Shown: in pieces, positions 34,293-55,670 of the stretch
Numbering within the stretch: the first letter of the stretch is position 1
Layout of the letters: each line of letters starts with the position of its first letter
Assembly (NCBI RefSeq): GCF_009914755.1
Contig: NC_060931.1
Length of the DNA: 64,000 nucleotides
Direction: 5' to 3' (one strand)
DNA from: the human T2T-CHM13v2.0 reference genome, Homo sapiens
Notes under the pieces: model-generated
Told to the model about the DNA's origin: nothing
What the model saw: only the letters and a program-made list of their open reading frames with translations
The model's database searches: none
Position numbers and translations under genes: made by a program

Positions 34293-35593
34293 TCAATCAA
34301 TAATGACACCAGAATGTGTGAAGCCCTTTTGTCCCCACATTGGACACTCTCCAGGAGTGGAGAGTAGGTTTTCACCACGTGCTTCTCTCCATCCATAACG
34401 CCTGCTGTGCGATGGAAATGGAAAGATGACCAACGACATCAGTGGCCACGACATGGGGTGCTAAGCTCTCGACACCACCCCCTTTGAGAAATATGAGCCC
34501 AGAGTATTACGTAAGGCCAAAGAGCACCTTAGGTCAAGTGAAGGTTTGGCCTCCAGCCCCAGGGTAGCACGATCTCGGCTCGCTGCAACCTCTGCCTCCC
34601 GGGTTCAAGCAATTCTCCTGCCTCAGCCTCCTGAGTAGCTGGGATTACAGGTGCCCACCACCATGCCTGGCTAATTTTGTATCTTTAGTAGAGATGGCGT
34701 TTCACCATGTTGGTCAGGCTGGTCTTGAACTCTTGACCTCAGGTCATCTGCCCGCCCTGGGCTCCCAAAGTGCTGGGATTACAGGTGTGAGCCACCGTGC
34801 TTGGCCAACTGGATTTATGTCTAACCCCGTCTATCAGAGGATGCAGAGGAAGGTAGGTAGGTGAGGGAGGGCACAGAGGGAAGAAGCGAATGACCTGCCC
34901 CCTCATGGGAATGAGAAGGAGTGTGGTCTCTGCAAGAGACAGGGTGGGTCAAAGTCAAGGCCCCACTGGAGAAGTTGGAGGGAGCGCAGTTGCCAGGTGG
35001 ACTGCCCAAGACTGCGGCCATCCATGCTGGATTCAGGAGCCAGGACAGCAAATAGAACCCTAGGGGCCTGGTTCCAACAATGACTTGCTAAATAACCTTA
35101 AAGCAATCACTTCTCTTCTGTGGATCTCTGTCTCTCCTTTGCTAAATGAGGAACCAATGATCCATCAGCTCAAAACAAGACACTTGGGTTAATATGAAAA
35201 CCTTTACATTTTCTTGCCTTTGCCAAAGTTATCTGAACTCCAGCTATCCTGTGCAGATCAGAAGTGCTCAATGATGATGGCTCACGCCTGTAATCCCGGC
35301 ACTTTGGGAGGCCGAGTCAGATGGATCACTTGAGGTCAGGAATTCGAGACCAGCCTGGCCAACACGGTGAAACCTCGTCTCTACTAAAAAAAAAAAAAAA
35401 AAAAAAATGGGCCAGTCACTGTGGCTCACACCTGTAATCCCAGCACTTTGAGAGGCCAAGGTGGGCGGATGACCTGAGGTCGGGAGTTTGAGACCAGCCT
35501 GACTGACATGGAGAAACTCCATCTCTACTAAAAACCCAAAATTAGCCAGGTATGGTAACACATGCCTATAATCCCAGCTACTCGGGAGGCTCA

Positions 35594-35689
<96 letters not shown>

Positions 35690-36320
35690 TCAGAAAAACA
35701 AACAAACAAGCAAAAATTAGCCGGGCATGCATCTGTAATCCCAGCTACTCGGGAGGCTGAGGCTTGAACCCTGGAGGCAGAGGTTGCAGTGAGCCAAGAT
35801 TGTGCCACTACACTCCAGCGTGGGTGACAGAGCCAGACTCCATCTCAAAAAAAAAAAAGTTAAGAAGTGCTCAATGAGCCATGCACGGTGGCATGTGCCT
35901 GTAGTCCCAGGTATCTGGGAAGCCGAGGTGGGAAGATCGCTTGAGGTTGGGAGTTCAAGACCAGCCTGGGTAACATGCTAAGACCCCATTTCATAGAAAG
36001 AGAAAATGCATACATACATAAAGAGGGCACGATGGCATCATGAGGATTTCCTAGGTTCTGGGGCTGTGGGAGGGCAAGATAAACAAAAGGTCCTGAGAAG
36101 CAAAACCTGAAGATGGACTAGCTGTTGACCTTCATTTCTTTTCTTTACTTTTTCTTTTTTTTTTTTTGAGACAGAATCTTGCTCTGTCGCCCAGGCTGGA
36201 GTGCAGTGGTGTGATCTGGGCTCACTGCAACCTCTGCCTCCGTCTCAAAAAAAAAAAAAAAAAAAAAAGATTTGGAGCCCCAGCTGGGCACAGTGGCTCA
36301 CACCTATAACCCCAACACTA

Positions 36321-36569
<249 letters not shown>

Positions 36570-37347
36570 TTAAGGAAAAAAAGGAAAAAAGATTTCAAAA
36601 CAACTGTTTTGAACAGTAAATTAATGGTCAGATGAAGGAGGGAGGAGCTGATACTGGTGGTGGCTGCGGGCAATAGGAAGGCTTCATTAGGCTGGGAGAT
36701 GCCTGGGACGGTTTAATTGCAGGAGCCTAGAAGAGAGTGAGGCTGGAGGGTTAGGGGGTGGAGGTGGGAGGGACAGGTGGATAACTGGAAACGGGGAGAT
36801 CTGGAGCACTCAGGGAGGTTCCACTGAAGTGGGAGGCGAGTGAATGGACTTCTGAGCAGAGAGCAGACAGGTCCCTGGGAACCTGTTTCTCTGAGAAGTG
36901 TTTCTCTGAAGTCATCTGCTGAGTCATGGAGGAGGATAGGAGGAGGCTGGAGAACAGGCTGAAGGTTTCCAGGAGCCTCTGGAGAGGGTGGGGAGGACGC
37001 TGGGGAAGGACTGGCCGTTGGAGTACCAGCTGGGCCTGGAGACCAGACCCTGAGGGCCCCCCATCTGTGGTTTTCTCCAGGGCCCTCAGCAGCCTGGGCT
37101 AGGAGCTGAGAAAGCCAAGGTCAGACCACCCACAGCAAGCAGTGGCCCACTGCGGCCATGAGACTGGGGGATAAGGAGTTCAATATACCGAAGAAGTGAG
37201 TGCTCAGATTGGCCAAGGTGGAGAAAGGAAAGAAGGAGGCAGTCAGGGGCTGGAGGCCTGGGGGACCCTGAAGAATAGGTAGAGGGGGACAATGGAGTAG
37301 AGGTGCCAGAGCATCAAGAGAGTAGAGTGGCTGGGCACGGTGGTTCA

Positions 37348-37733
<386 letters not shown>

Positions 37734-38197
37734 TCACCCTGACATGCTCTGATGGAAGATGCCATGTGCTGTCAATGTAGGAATTCCCCAGGATGAGGCA
37801 GGGGCTGGAGAAGGAGGAAAACTACAATCAGAGACCAAAGGTTTCAGGAATCCCACCTAGGACCAGGTGGTTTGGGCAAAGGGACAGCTCACAGAGCCGC
37901 AGAACCTGAGCTTTGAGGAAAGGGGTTTGCCCAAGGTGTCTGGAAGGGGCAGCGTGATAGGTGGGGCAGCCAGGACCTTGGGCTTCCACACCTTTCCATC
38001 CTGCCTGGGACAGAGGCCCTGACATGCTCTAATTTCACTTGGTAAGCCTGATCTCTGGGCAACACATCCACCTCTGTAAGATGGGGATAGTGTGGGATTC
38101 TTGGGCTTCATAATGAGGGAAGAGGAAGCCAAAGGCTTGAACAGATTGGAGCATGACAATGGGATCCCCCTCCTTTGTAATTTTTTTTTTTTTTTGA

Positions 38198-38470
<273 letters not shown>

Positions 38471-41400
38471 TGACCTCCCAAAGTGCTGGGATTAAAGGTG
38501 TGAGCCCCAGCGGCTGGCCTGTAATTTTTTTTTATCCACTGGCACATGTAGGCAGCAGAGGAGAGGGACCAGGAAGAGCAGGGGCTGCTGTGATTCCTAT
38601 GGGGCTGGAAGTCCTGAGGCCATTCCTGGGATAGGAGAAACATCAGGGAGGAAACCTTGAGGCAGACAAAACAAATAACAATAGAGATGAGAAAAGGGTA
38701 ATGAAAAGAAACAGACACACCATGGTGGAAACAGCCCCAGAGAGAGATGAGGATCCAACAGAGAGACAGACAGGAAGACAGATTGCCGGAGATGGAGACA
38801 GGCAAAGAAGGCGCTGAGCGCCTGGCCAGGTGCCCCAGACTCATCCCAGAAGCTGCTGGGATGGACCCAACCTGCGCAAGAAAGACGGCTGCTCAGGGAA
38901 GGTGGAGGCCACCAGGCCAGGTAGCTGGGGCATCTCTTCCATCTGCACAAACTGCTGCAGAAAGCCCAGCGGGGTGACCCTGTTTCCCCACACGCAGACG
39001 GAGGCAGGCCCCTGAAGGGCTTCCTCCAGGGGAGGATGAGGTCGTAAGATGGGGCTGCGTTGGAAGCATGGACTCTAGTTCCAGCTGTGATGTTTGGCAG
39101 CCACTGAGCTCCTTGCAGTCTTTTTTGGTTTTGTTTTTTTGGAGACAGAGTCTTGCTCTGTTGCCTAGGCTGGAGGGCATCATAGTTCACTGCAGCCTAG
39201 CTCACTGCAGCCTCAACCTCCTGGGCTCAAGGGATCCTCCTGCCCCAGCCTCCCTAGTAGCTAGGCCCAGTTATTTTATTTATTTGTTTGTTTATTTATT
39301 TATTTTTACTTTCTGGGACAGGAGATGGATGAGGAGCAGGGGTCTCCCTGTGTTGCCCAGGCTGGTCTCAAACTCCTGGGCTTAAGAAATCCTCCCACCT
39401 TGGCCTCCCAAAGTGCTGCAATTACAGGCATGAGCCATCGTGCCCGGCCCACATCTTGCAGTCTTTATTCTCATCTGTAAAATAGGGACAACCAGCCGGG
39501 TGCAGTGGCTCACGCCTGTAATCCCAGCACTCTGGGAGGCTGAGGTGGGTGGATCATGAGGTCAAGAGATTGAGACCATCCTGGCCAATATGGTGAAACC
39601 CCATCTCCACTAAAAATACAAAAATTAGCTGGGCATGGTGGCACGCACCTGTAGTCCCAGCTAGTCAGGAGGCTGAGGCAGGAGTCTCACTTAAACCCAG
39701 GAGGCAGAGGTTGCAGTGAGCTGAGATGGCGCCACTGTACTCTCGCGTGGCGACAGAGCAAGACTCTGTCTCAAAAAAAAAAAAAAAAAGAAAAAAAGAA
39801 CAACCTCCCCAGTTCTCAGTGATTCAGAGTAAGTCTTCACCTGCCCCATAGAGATGGGGACCTGGGTGAGACGGAGGTATAAGGGTATCCTTCAGGTCCA
39901 GCAAGAACTTAAGAGTTAACACATGCCTCCTGCACCCAGCATCCTTCGGCGATGGTTTCAATAGTTTGAAAATCCAGCCAAGCAGTTTGAACTGAGGGTG
40001 GTGAGTGGTGAGAATAGGTTGTGATCCCAGCTCCCAGGGCTGCATAATTTTTTTTTTTAGACGGAGTCTCACTCTGTCACCCAGGCTGGAGTGCAGTGGC
40101 GCGATTTAGGCTCACTGCAAGCTCCGCCTCCTGGGTTCCAGGTTCATGCCATTCTCCTGCCTCAGCCTCCTGAATACAGGACTGCATAATTTTTAACGAT
40201 CCCACCAGTGAAGGGCTCCTGTCCATCACCACCTTGTCCCCACGCCACTGCACTCCAGCCTGGGCAACAGAGCGAGACTCAGTCTCAAAAAAAAAAAAAA
40301 AAGTTCAGTGCCTATTAGGTGCATAAAATAATGACACATTGGGCCGGGCGCCGTGGCTCACGCCTGTAATCCCAACACTTTGGGAGGCCGAGGTGGGCAG
40401 ATCACTTGAAGCCAGGAGTACGAGACCAGCCTGGCCAAAATGGCAAAACCCTCTCTCTACTAAAAATACAAAAATCAGCTGGGCGCAGTGGTATGCGCCT
40501 GTAGTCCCAGCTACTCAGGAGGCTGAGGCAGGAGAATCACTTGAACCTGGGAGGCAGAGGTTGCAGTGAGCTGAGATCATGCCACTGCGATAGAGCGAGG
40601 CTCCATCTCAAAAAAAAAAAAAAAAGAAAAGAAAAAGAAAGAAAGAAAGAAAGAAAGACACACCAACGGAAGAAGACTAGGATGCAGGATGCTGGGAGAA
40701 GATATGGAGGGAGCCCATCTCCCCTTCCCCAGCTACCCAAATCCAGGTCCTTCAACCCCAGCTAAATGCTTGCTCTTCCAGAAGGCTTCCCAGAACTTCT
40801 ACTAGGCAGGACCTTTTCTTCTGCCTCTGATGCCCATAACATTTCTCCTGCAAGGTCCCCCACATGGTGTCTTACACAAGGCCTAGGAATGTATGTGCAT
40901 TATATCCCACTAGGCTGTCTCCTTCTGGGTACAGAGTCCACATCCTGTTCATTTTGGCATCCCACAGCAGCAGGGGATCCGAATTTGGTGGACATGTATT
41001 TGTTGTGTGTCTTTGAACCTCAATGTAATTCAATGAATGCATACAGTTTTCGAGCCTCAGTTTCCCCACTTGTAAAATGAGGACAATAATTTTCACTTCC
41101 CAGTTGTGGCTGGCCAGGTGGATCAAATGAGATATTGCATGCAAAGTCCCCTGGCTCACTGGAGGCCGTTAAGCACTGCGCAGACGTGGGCTGTTACTAA
41201 TAATACAGCAATCTCGAGACCGGAGCTGGACTCAGAGAGGCAGGGAGCAAGCGTCCCTCTGTCTGCAGCTTCCCCTCCTGCCTGAGAGTGATGGAGGGAC
41301 TCTCTGAGCGTGAAACAAACCAATGTGGGCAGCCAGACTGCAGGGGGAAGAGAAGAGGGTGAGAGCCCAGATACTCAGGTTCCAAGGCTGCCTCTAGCTC

Positions 41401-42259
41401 AGGGTGAGTGACCTTGAACAGATTGGTCCCTTCTCTGAGCATCCAGTTTCTGCATCTGCCAAGAAAAAATAATAATCTCTGGCTGGCTGGCAGCAAGAAG
41501 ATGAGGCCAGGCCCCCCAAGACAATGTCCAAATATTGTGCAGTCGTGGGGCTGCCGTGAGGTCTGCGGCAATCCCTTTGCAGACATCACCCTTTGTCTTC
41601 CAAGCCTTCAATGGATGCAGCAGCAGACCCTCTCCCTGGCAGACCGGACATAATTTCTGACCCAGAGTGGTGCTCAAATATTTGTTGAATGAATGAGAAA
41701 ATAATTAGCCGGGCATGGTGATGCATGCCCGTAGTCCCAGCTGCTCAGGAGGCTGATGCAGGAGGACTGTCTGAGCCCAGGAGTTGGAGGCTGCAGTGAG
41801 CTATAACTGCACCACTTCACTCCAGCCTGGATGACAGAGCAAGACCCTGACTCTAAAAAAAAAAAAAGAAAAGAAAAAGAAGAAAAAATGAGGGGATAAA
41901 TGAACAAATAATGAAATGGGGCCTCAGGGAGGGAGCTGTATTCTAATTCTCCTGGGCATGACAGCCCACTTTGGACAGGTCAACAATTCATCCTCTTCTC
42001 ACTGTCTCTACCACTCCCATCAGGGTTCAAACTAGCTTCTCTCCCTGTACTATCATAGCAGTCTCCAAACTGGATTCCCTACTCCTTACTATCTCTGGAT
42101 TCCCTGTTTCCCTACTATCTCTTCTCCATGGGATACCCAGGGTGATCTTTTAAAAATTCAAATCTGGCTGGGTGCAGTGGCTCACACCTGTAATCCCAGC
42201 ACTTTGGGAGGCTGAGGCGGGCAGATCACGAGGTTAGGAAATTGAGACCATCCTGGCTA

Positions 42260-42809
<550 letters not shown>

Positions 42810-42874
42810 TCACTCTAGTGCACAAGTCTGCGAGTGTACAGGAGCCCCTCCCTTTCCAATCCTGGTTTTATTAA

Positions 42875-43045
<171 letters not shown>

Positions 43046-43069
43046 TAATTAAAAAATTTTTTTTTGTAG

Positions 43070-43201
<132 letters not shown>

Positions 43202-43299
43202 TAGCCGAGGCTTTACAATTTTAACAGGCCTCTCTGGGTTACAAGGGTAAAGACCCCTGAAAACAAGAGTAAATACCCCAGCCTAGCCTTGGTGGGAGG

Positions 43300-43900
43300 G
43301 GGCGGGGTTGGGGGGAGAAAAACGCTCTTTGTAAGTTGCGAGTGGCCGCATAGACTAATAAGGTCGCCTTCACGCCAGGCTTGTGGAGGCCCTTCCTGTC
43401 CCTTCCTTCCTGTCCCCGCGTAGGCCGCAGGGCTCCGTGCCCAGGGCCCAGTCAGCCCCGCCCATCCAGTGGCTGGGCCCGGGATGTCCCCAGAAGCCCT
43501 GAGGAGTGCGGCGCGATGGGCGGGTTCCAGGGGAGGAGGGGGTGTGGCCTACGCCCTCGGCCCCGCCTCACCAGGACTCTGCAACTGGCTGTGACAGGCT
43601 GTGCCAGTCGCAGGCTCTCCAATCAGGAGGCTGCCGTGGGGCCAGGGGCGCGGCTCCGGTTCCCACGCGGGGCGAATTCCCTCTCCCGGTAGTCTCCCCA
43701 GCCCCGCCCCGCGCGGCTCCCCGCGGAGGCCGTGACTCAGCAGGAAGGCGCGACCAGACTGGGCCGGCCGGCCGGAAAGGCCGAGTCACTCCGCGCCCTT
43801 CCCTGTCCCCCGTGTCTATGCCATCGGGCGGGGAGATCTGTGGGCTGGGGTGGGTGTCCCAAGACCTGGTCCCTGGTCTTTGTATGTGATCCAGAAAAAC
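43300..43900. promoter_or_regulatory. Orphan intergenic CpG-rich element (promoter- or enhancer-like)
   Basis: Non-Alu CpG-dense patch with GC boxes (~43298, ~43559, ~43702), CCAAT (~43619) and ARE/AP-1 GTGACTCAGCA (43732-43742) abutting an ETS-like CAGGAAG. Confidence 0.65.
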
Positions 43901-44659
43901 CTCCGAGGCTTCCCTGGCCTTTAGTTTCTCTTCTGTACAGAGGAGGCAACAATAAACACTTGGAGATTTGGGGATAAGACAGTAAGAGTTACAGGAATAG
44001 CATGGAGCTTTGGAATTCCACCCTTCAGGGTGCAGATCTCAGCTGTGTGATCCCGTGCATCCGCTCATTGCAGCCTAGAGCTCCTGGGCTCAAGTGATCC
44101 TCCTGTCTCAGCCGCCCCAGTATTTTGGATTATAAGCACGTGCCACCACGTCCTGGCTATTTTTTTTATTTCGTAGTGATGGGGTCTCATTATGTTGTCC
44201 AAAGTGGTCTCAAACTCCTGGCCTCAAGCCATCCTCCCTCCTCGGCCTCCCAAAGAGTTGGGATTAGTTGGATGAGGTAGCTCACGCCTGTAATTCCAGC
44301 CCTTTGGGAGGCTGAGGCAGGCAGATCATGTGAGGTCAGGAATTCAAGACCAGCCTTGCCAACATGGAGAAACCCTATCTCTACTAAAATAGCACATGCC
44401 TGTAATTCCAGCTACTTGAGGCTGAGGCAGGAGAATGGCTTGAACCCGGGAGGCGGAGGTTGCAGTGAGCTGAGATCGCTGCCACTGCACTCCAGCGTGG
44501 GCAATAGAGCAAGACTCTGTCTCCAAAAAAAAAAAAGAGTTGGGATTACAGGTGTGAGCCACTCTGCCAGGCAGGAGAGACCTAGGAAAACAAAAAGGGC
44601 AATTTTCAAAGGCTAGGTCTCATAGCCACTAGACCGGGATAGCTAGACAGTTCTGCGTT

Positions 44660-46125
<1,466 letters not shown>

Positions 46126-46129
46126 ATGC

Positions 46130-46700
<571 letters not shown>

Positions 46701-47398
46701 CTGTCACTTACTTCCCAATGAATTCTCATCATCTTTAGAATAAAACGCCTCCCTGTGGCCTAAAAAGCCCTCAGTGGCCTAGGCCCTACCGGCTTCTCTG
46801 ATTCGTTAGCACATTCTTCTTTGCTCCAATCACAACGCTCCGTGGTCCTTCTGCAGGCCAGGCTAAGTTTCCGTTGAAGGACCTGGAATAGCACTTCCCA
46901 AACCGTTTCATAGCCAAAAGGTTCATGGCCATCTCCCTCTTCCTGCTCAGGCTCAGCTCAGACCTCACCTCCTTAGAGGCCTTTCCTGACTACCCAATCC
47001 CCACCTTATGACCCTGCTTCATTTTCTTTTCTTTTCTTTTTTTTATTAATTTTTTTTTTTGAGACAGACTATCACTCTTGTTGCCCAGGCTGGCGTGCAG
47101 TGGCATGATCATAGCTCTCTGCAGCCTCAACCTCCCAGGGCTCAGGTGAACCTCCCACTCCAGCCTCCCAAGTAGCTGAGACTACAGGTGCGAGCCAGCA
47201 TACCCAGCTAATTTTTTCATTGTTTGTAGAGACAGGAGAGTCTTGCTATGTTGCCCAGGCCGGTCTCCAACTCCAGGGTTCAAATGATCTGCCTGCCTTG
47301 GCTTCCCAAAGTGCTGGGATTACAGGGGTGAGCTACTGCGCCTGGCCTTCATTTTCTTTCTAGCAATAATCACTAGGTTAGATGATCTAGTTAATTGA

Positions 47399-47734
<336 letters not shown>

Positions 47735-47823
47735 TGAAGGTCATCTCTGTCGGGCAAACAGGAACCTGGTCTAGGCCTCTTCTGGCTCTGGAGCTCCAGA
47801 GGCCAGCATGGTACTTGGCCTAG

Positions 47824-48103
<280 letters not shown>

Positions 48104-48292
48104 TGATCTGCCCACCTTGGCCTCCCAAAGTGCTGGGATTACAAGTGTGAGCCACTGTGCCCAGCCTCACTTGGCAAATATTATTTCAGCCTCCACTGTG
48201 TGTGATACATGTGCACAAAGTTAGGCACAACAGACACAGCCCTAGCCCTCAGCATTCCACTGGGCTAGTATAGCATACAGTCAAGGCAGTAG

Positions 48293-48673
<381 letters not shown>

Positions 48674-48965
48674 TGAGAGCTCCCAGTTCATACCAACAGG
48701 GAGTGTCCATGAAGACCATCTGGAGAAAATGAAAGCTGAGACTCTAAGTTAAATAACAGTTAGCTTGGCTGGGTGTGCTGGTGCTCATCTGTGGTCCCAG
48801 CTACTCAGGAGGCTGAGGCAGGAGGATTGCTCGAGCCCTGGAGTTCAAGTCCAGCCTGGGCAACATAGCAAGACCCTGCCTGTATTTTTTTTTAAACGGC
48901 TGGGTTCAGTGGCTTGGCTGATGCCTGTAATCCCAGCACTTTGGGAGGCCAAGGCAGGTGGATCA

Positions 48966-49151
<186 letters not shown>

Positions 49152-49450
49152 CTACAGCCTGGGCAACAGAGTGAGACTCTGTCTCAAAAAAAAAAAAAAG
49201 TATATGGGAGGATGTACATAGGTTATATACAAATTCTACATAAGTTTATGTCAGGGACTTGAACATCCTGGATTTTGGAGTCCTTAGAGGGTCCTAGAAT
49301 CAATCCCCCTGAGGAGGCTGAGACATAATTGTACTTTGCTTAGATAGGAAAGAGATTCCGGGGACGGGAAGCTGTGAAGTTTCTCTGGACAACAGAGAGC
49401 ACTGAAGTGAGTGGTGGCTGGAATGGCTATGACTAGAGCAGAATCCCTGA

Positions 49451-49838
<388 letters not shown>

Positions 49839-49990
49839 TAGCCCAGGAGTTTGAGACCAGCCTGGACAACATGGTGAGACCCTGATCTCAATTTAACAAA
49901 AAAAAAAAAAAAAAAAAAAAAGAATTTCCGAATGTGCTGGAGACCATAAGGCAGCTAGAACATTCCAGTCCCTCTGCCCCAGCTCCTTGA

Positions 49991-50360
<370 letters not shown>

Positions 50361-50476
50361 TCAGAGAACTCCCTGACAAATGGAGACAAAGTCATGACTG
50401 CCAGGAGCCGATGGAGTTTGGAGCCAAAGTGTCCACCTCACTCCCTGGCTGAGAGCCATAACCCCAGTTTGGAGCC

Positions 50477-50699
50477 TGTTGGAGGCAGAATACTGGCCCC
50501 TAAATATTCCTATACCCTAATCCTTGGAGTTTGTGCATATGTTCCTTTACGAAGCTAAAGGGATTTTGCAGATGTAATTAAATTAAGGATCTCGGGATGG
50601 AGGATTATCCAGGATTACGTAGGTGGGCCTAATATAATCACAAGAGGACTTAAAAAATGGGGGAAGGCAGACATAGAGTCAACAAAGGGAGATGAGAGA

Positions 50700-50700
<1 letters not shown>
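50477..50700 (+). mobile_element. MLT1 (MaLR) LTR 5' fragment
   Basis: tgttggaggcagaat..ccctaatccttgga..gggattttgcagatgtaattaaattaaggatct..gtgggcctaatataatcacaag. Confidence 0.65.
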
Positions 50701-52655
<1,955 letters not shown>

Positions 52656-52964
52656 TTCTTCTCTCTTCTAGTGACTCCAACGCCTTGCTATGTGGCCTTG
52701 AGCAAGCCCCTTCCTTTTGCTGGACATTGATTTCTATATATGTGAAAGGAGAGAGGAGTTGGGTTAAGGGACTCACTAGGGGCCGCCATGGAGGCCTGAC
52801 ACTGTGACTCAGCATTTCCAGGATGTGATGGACCTGCTGAGAGCTCTTGGTTGATGCTTTTGAACCGTCCTCCATTCCGAACCCTGTTTCCTCCCAAGAG
52901 CCCTGCCCAGAGTCTTTCCTGCTGCCACAGAGAATGCATTTGTGCTCAAACAGTGACTGCAGTT

Positions 52965-53687
52965 ATAAGAGACGGGGGACAATGCTTTATTGACTTGGCA
53001 CCTATGAACTGGTGGCTACAGGCCCCCAGGGTTCTTCACTCCTGCAAAGTGGAGGCTCTGTGGTGGAGACGGCATAAATCAGAGATGCTGGTTCCAGCTG
53101 CAGGGAGGGGCCACTGTCCCTGCTTTGGCCCCTCCCCCAGTCCCCTTGTCCAGCCGAGCACCATCTGAGTTAGTCCAGGCCCTCGCGGAGCAGGGCAGGA
53201 CAGGGACCCAGGTTCCTCTGCAGCCCCTGAGGGCCCAAGGTAGGAGCTGTAGGCCCCTCCTGCCTTCCCTCTTCTTGGGGATCCCAAGATGGGTTGGGGG
53301 AAGAGGAGATACCCCATTTAAAGAGCCCCTGAGCCTCCTGGATCTAGGTCAAGGAAGGCAGAGTCTGGTGCTATAAAAAGAGCCCCACCAAACAGAAGAG
53401 TTAGGAATCATCCTCTTCCCCTCGTTTTGGTTTTGGCTGAGCAAAACCACAGGAGCTTTCACTGAATTGGGCTCACAACAGTCGATGACAGGCTGAGGTC
53501 ACGCAGTAAGTGGACGGGGGTACAGCCAGGCTCCCCCAAGCAGGACTGCACTGTCTAGGTAGGCTCTCTCCCAGGCAAGGGAAGGAGGGGCAAAGTGAAC
53601 TGTAGTCATCACAAGAGGAGGGCTTCCTGGAGGAGGAAGGGAGGTCACAGCTCCCAGAAGAAGAGGTGGTCTGCAGAGCGGGCTGGG
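52965..53687 (-). other. SSC4D: SSC4D 3'UTR (cleavage site approximate)
   Basis: Repeat-free stretch between the stop codon and an AATAAA on the minus strand. Confidence 0.75.
52986..52991 (-). terminator. SSC4D: SSC4D polyadenylation signal AATAAA
   Basis: tttatt on the plus strand, about 700 nt after the stop codon. Confidence 0.8.
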
Positions 53688-54004
53688 TCATGAAGGCTGG
53701 CACAGGACACTGGCATCCTCGCTGTGGTCACAGTTGTGGGCATCCCAGCGGATATGAGAGCAGAGCAGCAGAGCACTTTCTTCCCCACGGCACTTGACAT
53801 TGTCCAGGAGAATGGGGCCTCGGCCTGGGCCAAAGTGAGCCTCGCCAGGGGCTGCGAGGGCCTGGCCACAGCCCAGCTGGCGGCACAGGACACCGGCTGC
53901 CCGCAGGTCCCAAGCATCATCACAGACAGTGCCCCACCGTTGCCCTAGGTAGAGCTCTACACGTCCCTCGCATCGGTGGGCTCCATTGACCAGACGTAGA
54001 TGCC
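53688..54004 (-). CDS. SSC4D: SSC4D last coding exon, SRCR domain 4 and stop codon
   Basis: (G)[31 protein letters not shown]...CQPS*, a group B SRCR domain with 8 Cys. Acceptor ccccccacag| at 54005/54004, phase 1. Confidence 0.96.
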
Positions 54005-54258
54005 CTGTGGGGGGACAGGGCTGGGTTGGAAGGGGCTGGTCCATGCCAGGCCACTCCGAAGCTAGGTCAGGTTGGCAGTAAAGAGAGGTCTGAGACACTC
54101 TGAGCACTGCCCTAGGAGCCGCTAGATGAAGGCAGACACATGAAATTAAAGTAAGATTGGCGCTGGCTGGGCACAATGGCTCACGCCTGTAATTCCAGCA
54201 CTTTGGGAGGCCGAGGCAGGCGGATCACGAGATTAGGAGATCGAGACCATCCTGGCTA

Positions 54259-54651
<393 letters not shown>

Positions 54652-54764
54652 CTACTTGGGAGACTGAAGCAGGAGGATTGCTTGAGCCCAGGAGGTCCAG
54701 GCTGCAGTGGCCGTGATTGTGCCACTGCATTCCAGCCTGGATGACAGAGCAAGACTCTGTCTCA

Positions 54765-54920
<156 letters not shown>

Positions 54921-55592
54921 TTAGCTGGGTGTGGTGGCACATGTCTATAATCCCACTTACTGGGGAGGCTGAGGCACGAGAATCGCTTGAACCTGGGAGG
55001 TGGAGGTTGCGCCACTGCACTCCAGCCTGGGTGACAGAGCAAGACTCTATCTCAAAAAAATAAAATAACAAATAAATAAATAAGATGAGCATCAGTCCAG
55101 ACCCATAGTCTCAGGACTGGGAGAAAGCGTGCAAACGTTTTTGAGTGATCCGCGACGTGTACTGGGTGCTTCATGTCTGCTCTCTCTCTAGTCCTCTGTT
55201 CATAATCCCAGTACCCCAGCCCCAGGCCGGCTGTTTGGAGACTCTGTTACATCCTATTGTGTCCCCTGAAGGTCATCACGGTCTCCTGCACCCCCCTGGG
55301 CTCCCAGAACTATATTCTGAATTTTTTCATTGCTCTGCTCAGGACAGGATCCTTATCCCCTCATTCTGATCTCACCTCTAGAAATCTCCAGATTGCTGTA
55401 GTTTAAAGCTCACCTCCTTCTTTCTGGACACCATATTCCTACAAAGGAGGCCTGAGACCAACAAAAAGGACAAGACTTCCAGGTCCCGGTGTGAATCTGC
55501 TGAGCTTTATAACCTAGGCTGTGACCTCCCCCAATCCAGGTCCTTAAGACCCCGATGCCTCCACCCACTTTCAGGGGATTATGGGCACCTAC

Positions 55593-55670
55593 CGTCCCTG
55601 GGCCGAGGAGTGGGCACCCGCGTGGTCTCAGAACCATCCTGCTGGACTTGCAGTCCCAGCTCCTCTGGGC
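55593..55670 (-). CDS. SSC4D: SSC4D linker exon (78 nt), [26 protein letters not shown]
   Basis: Acceptor cctgaaccag| and donor G|gtaggt. Phase 1-1 and in frame with the flanking SRCR exons. Confidence 0.9.

Noticed and set aside
38840-39075. Minus-strand open frame ...[35 protein letters not shown] followed by AG|gttggg, looking exon-like
   Set aside because: No polypyrimidine acceptor, no recognisable homology and no partner exons. A tBLASTn or PhyloCSF signal would be needed to revive it.
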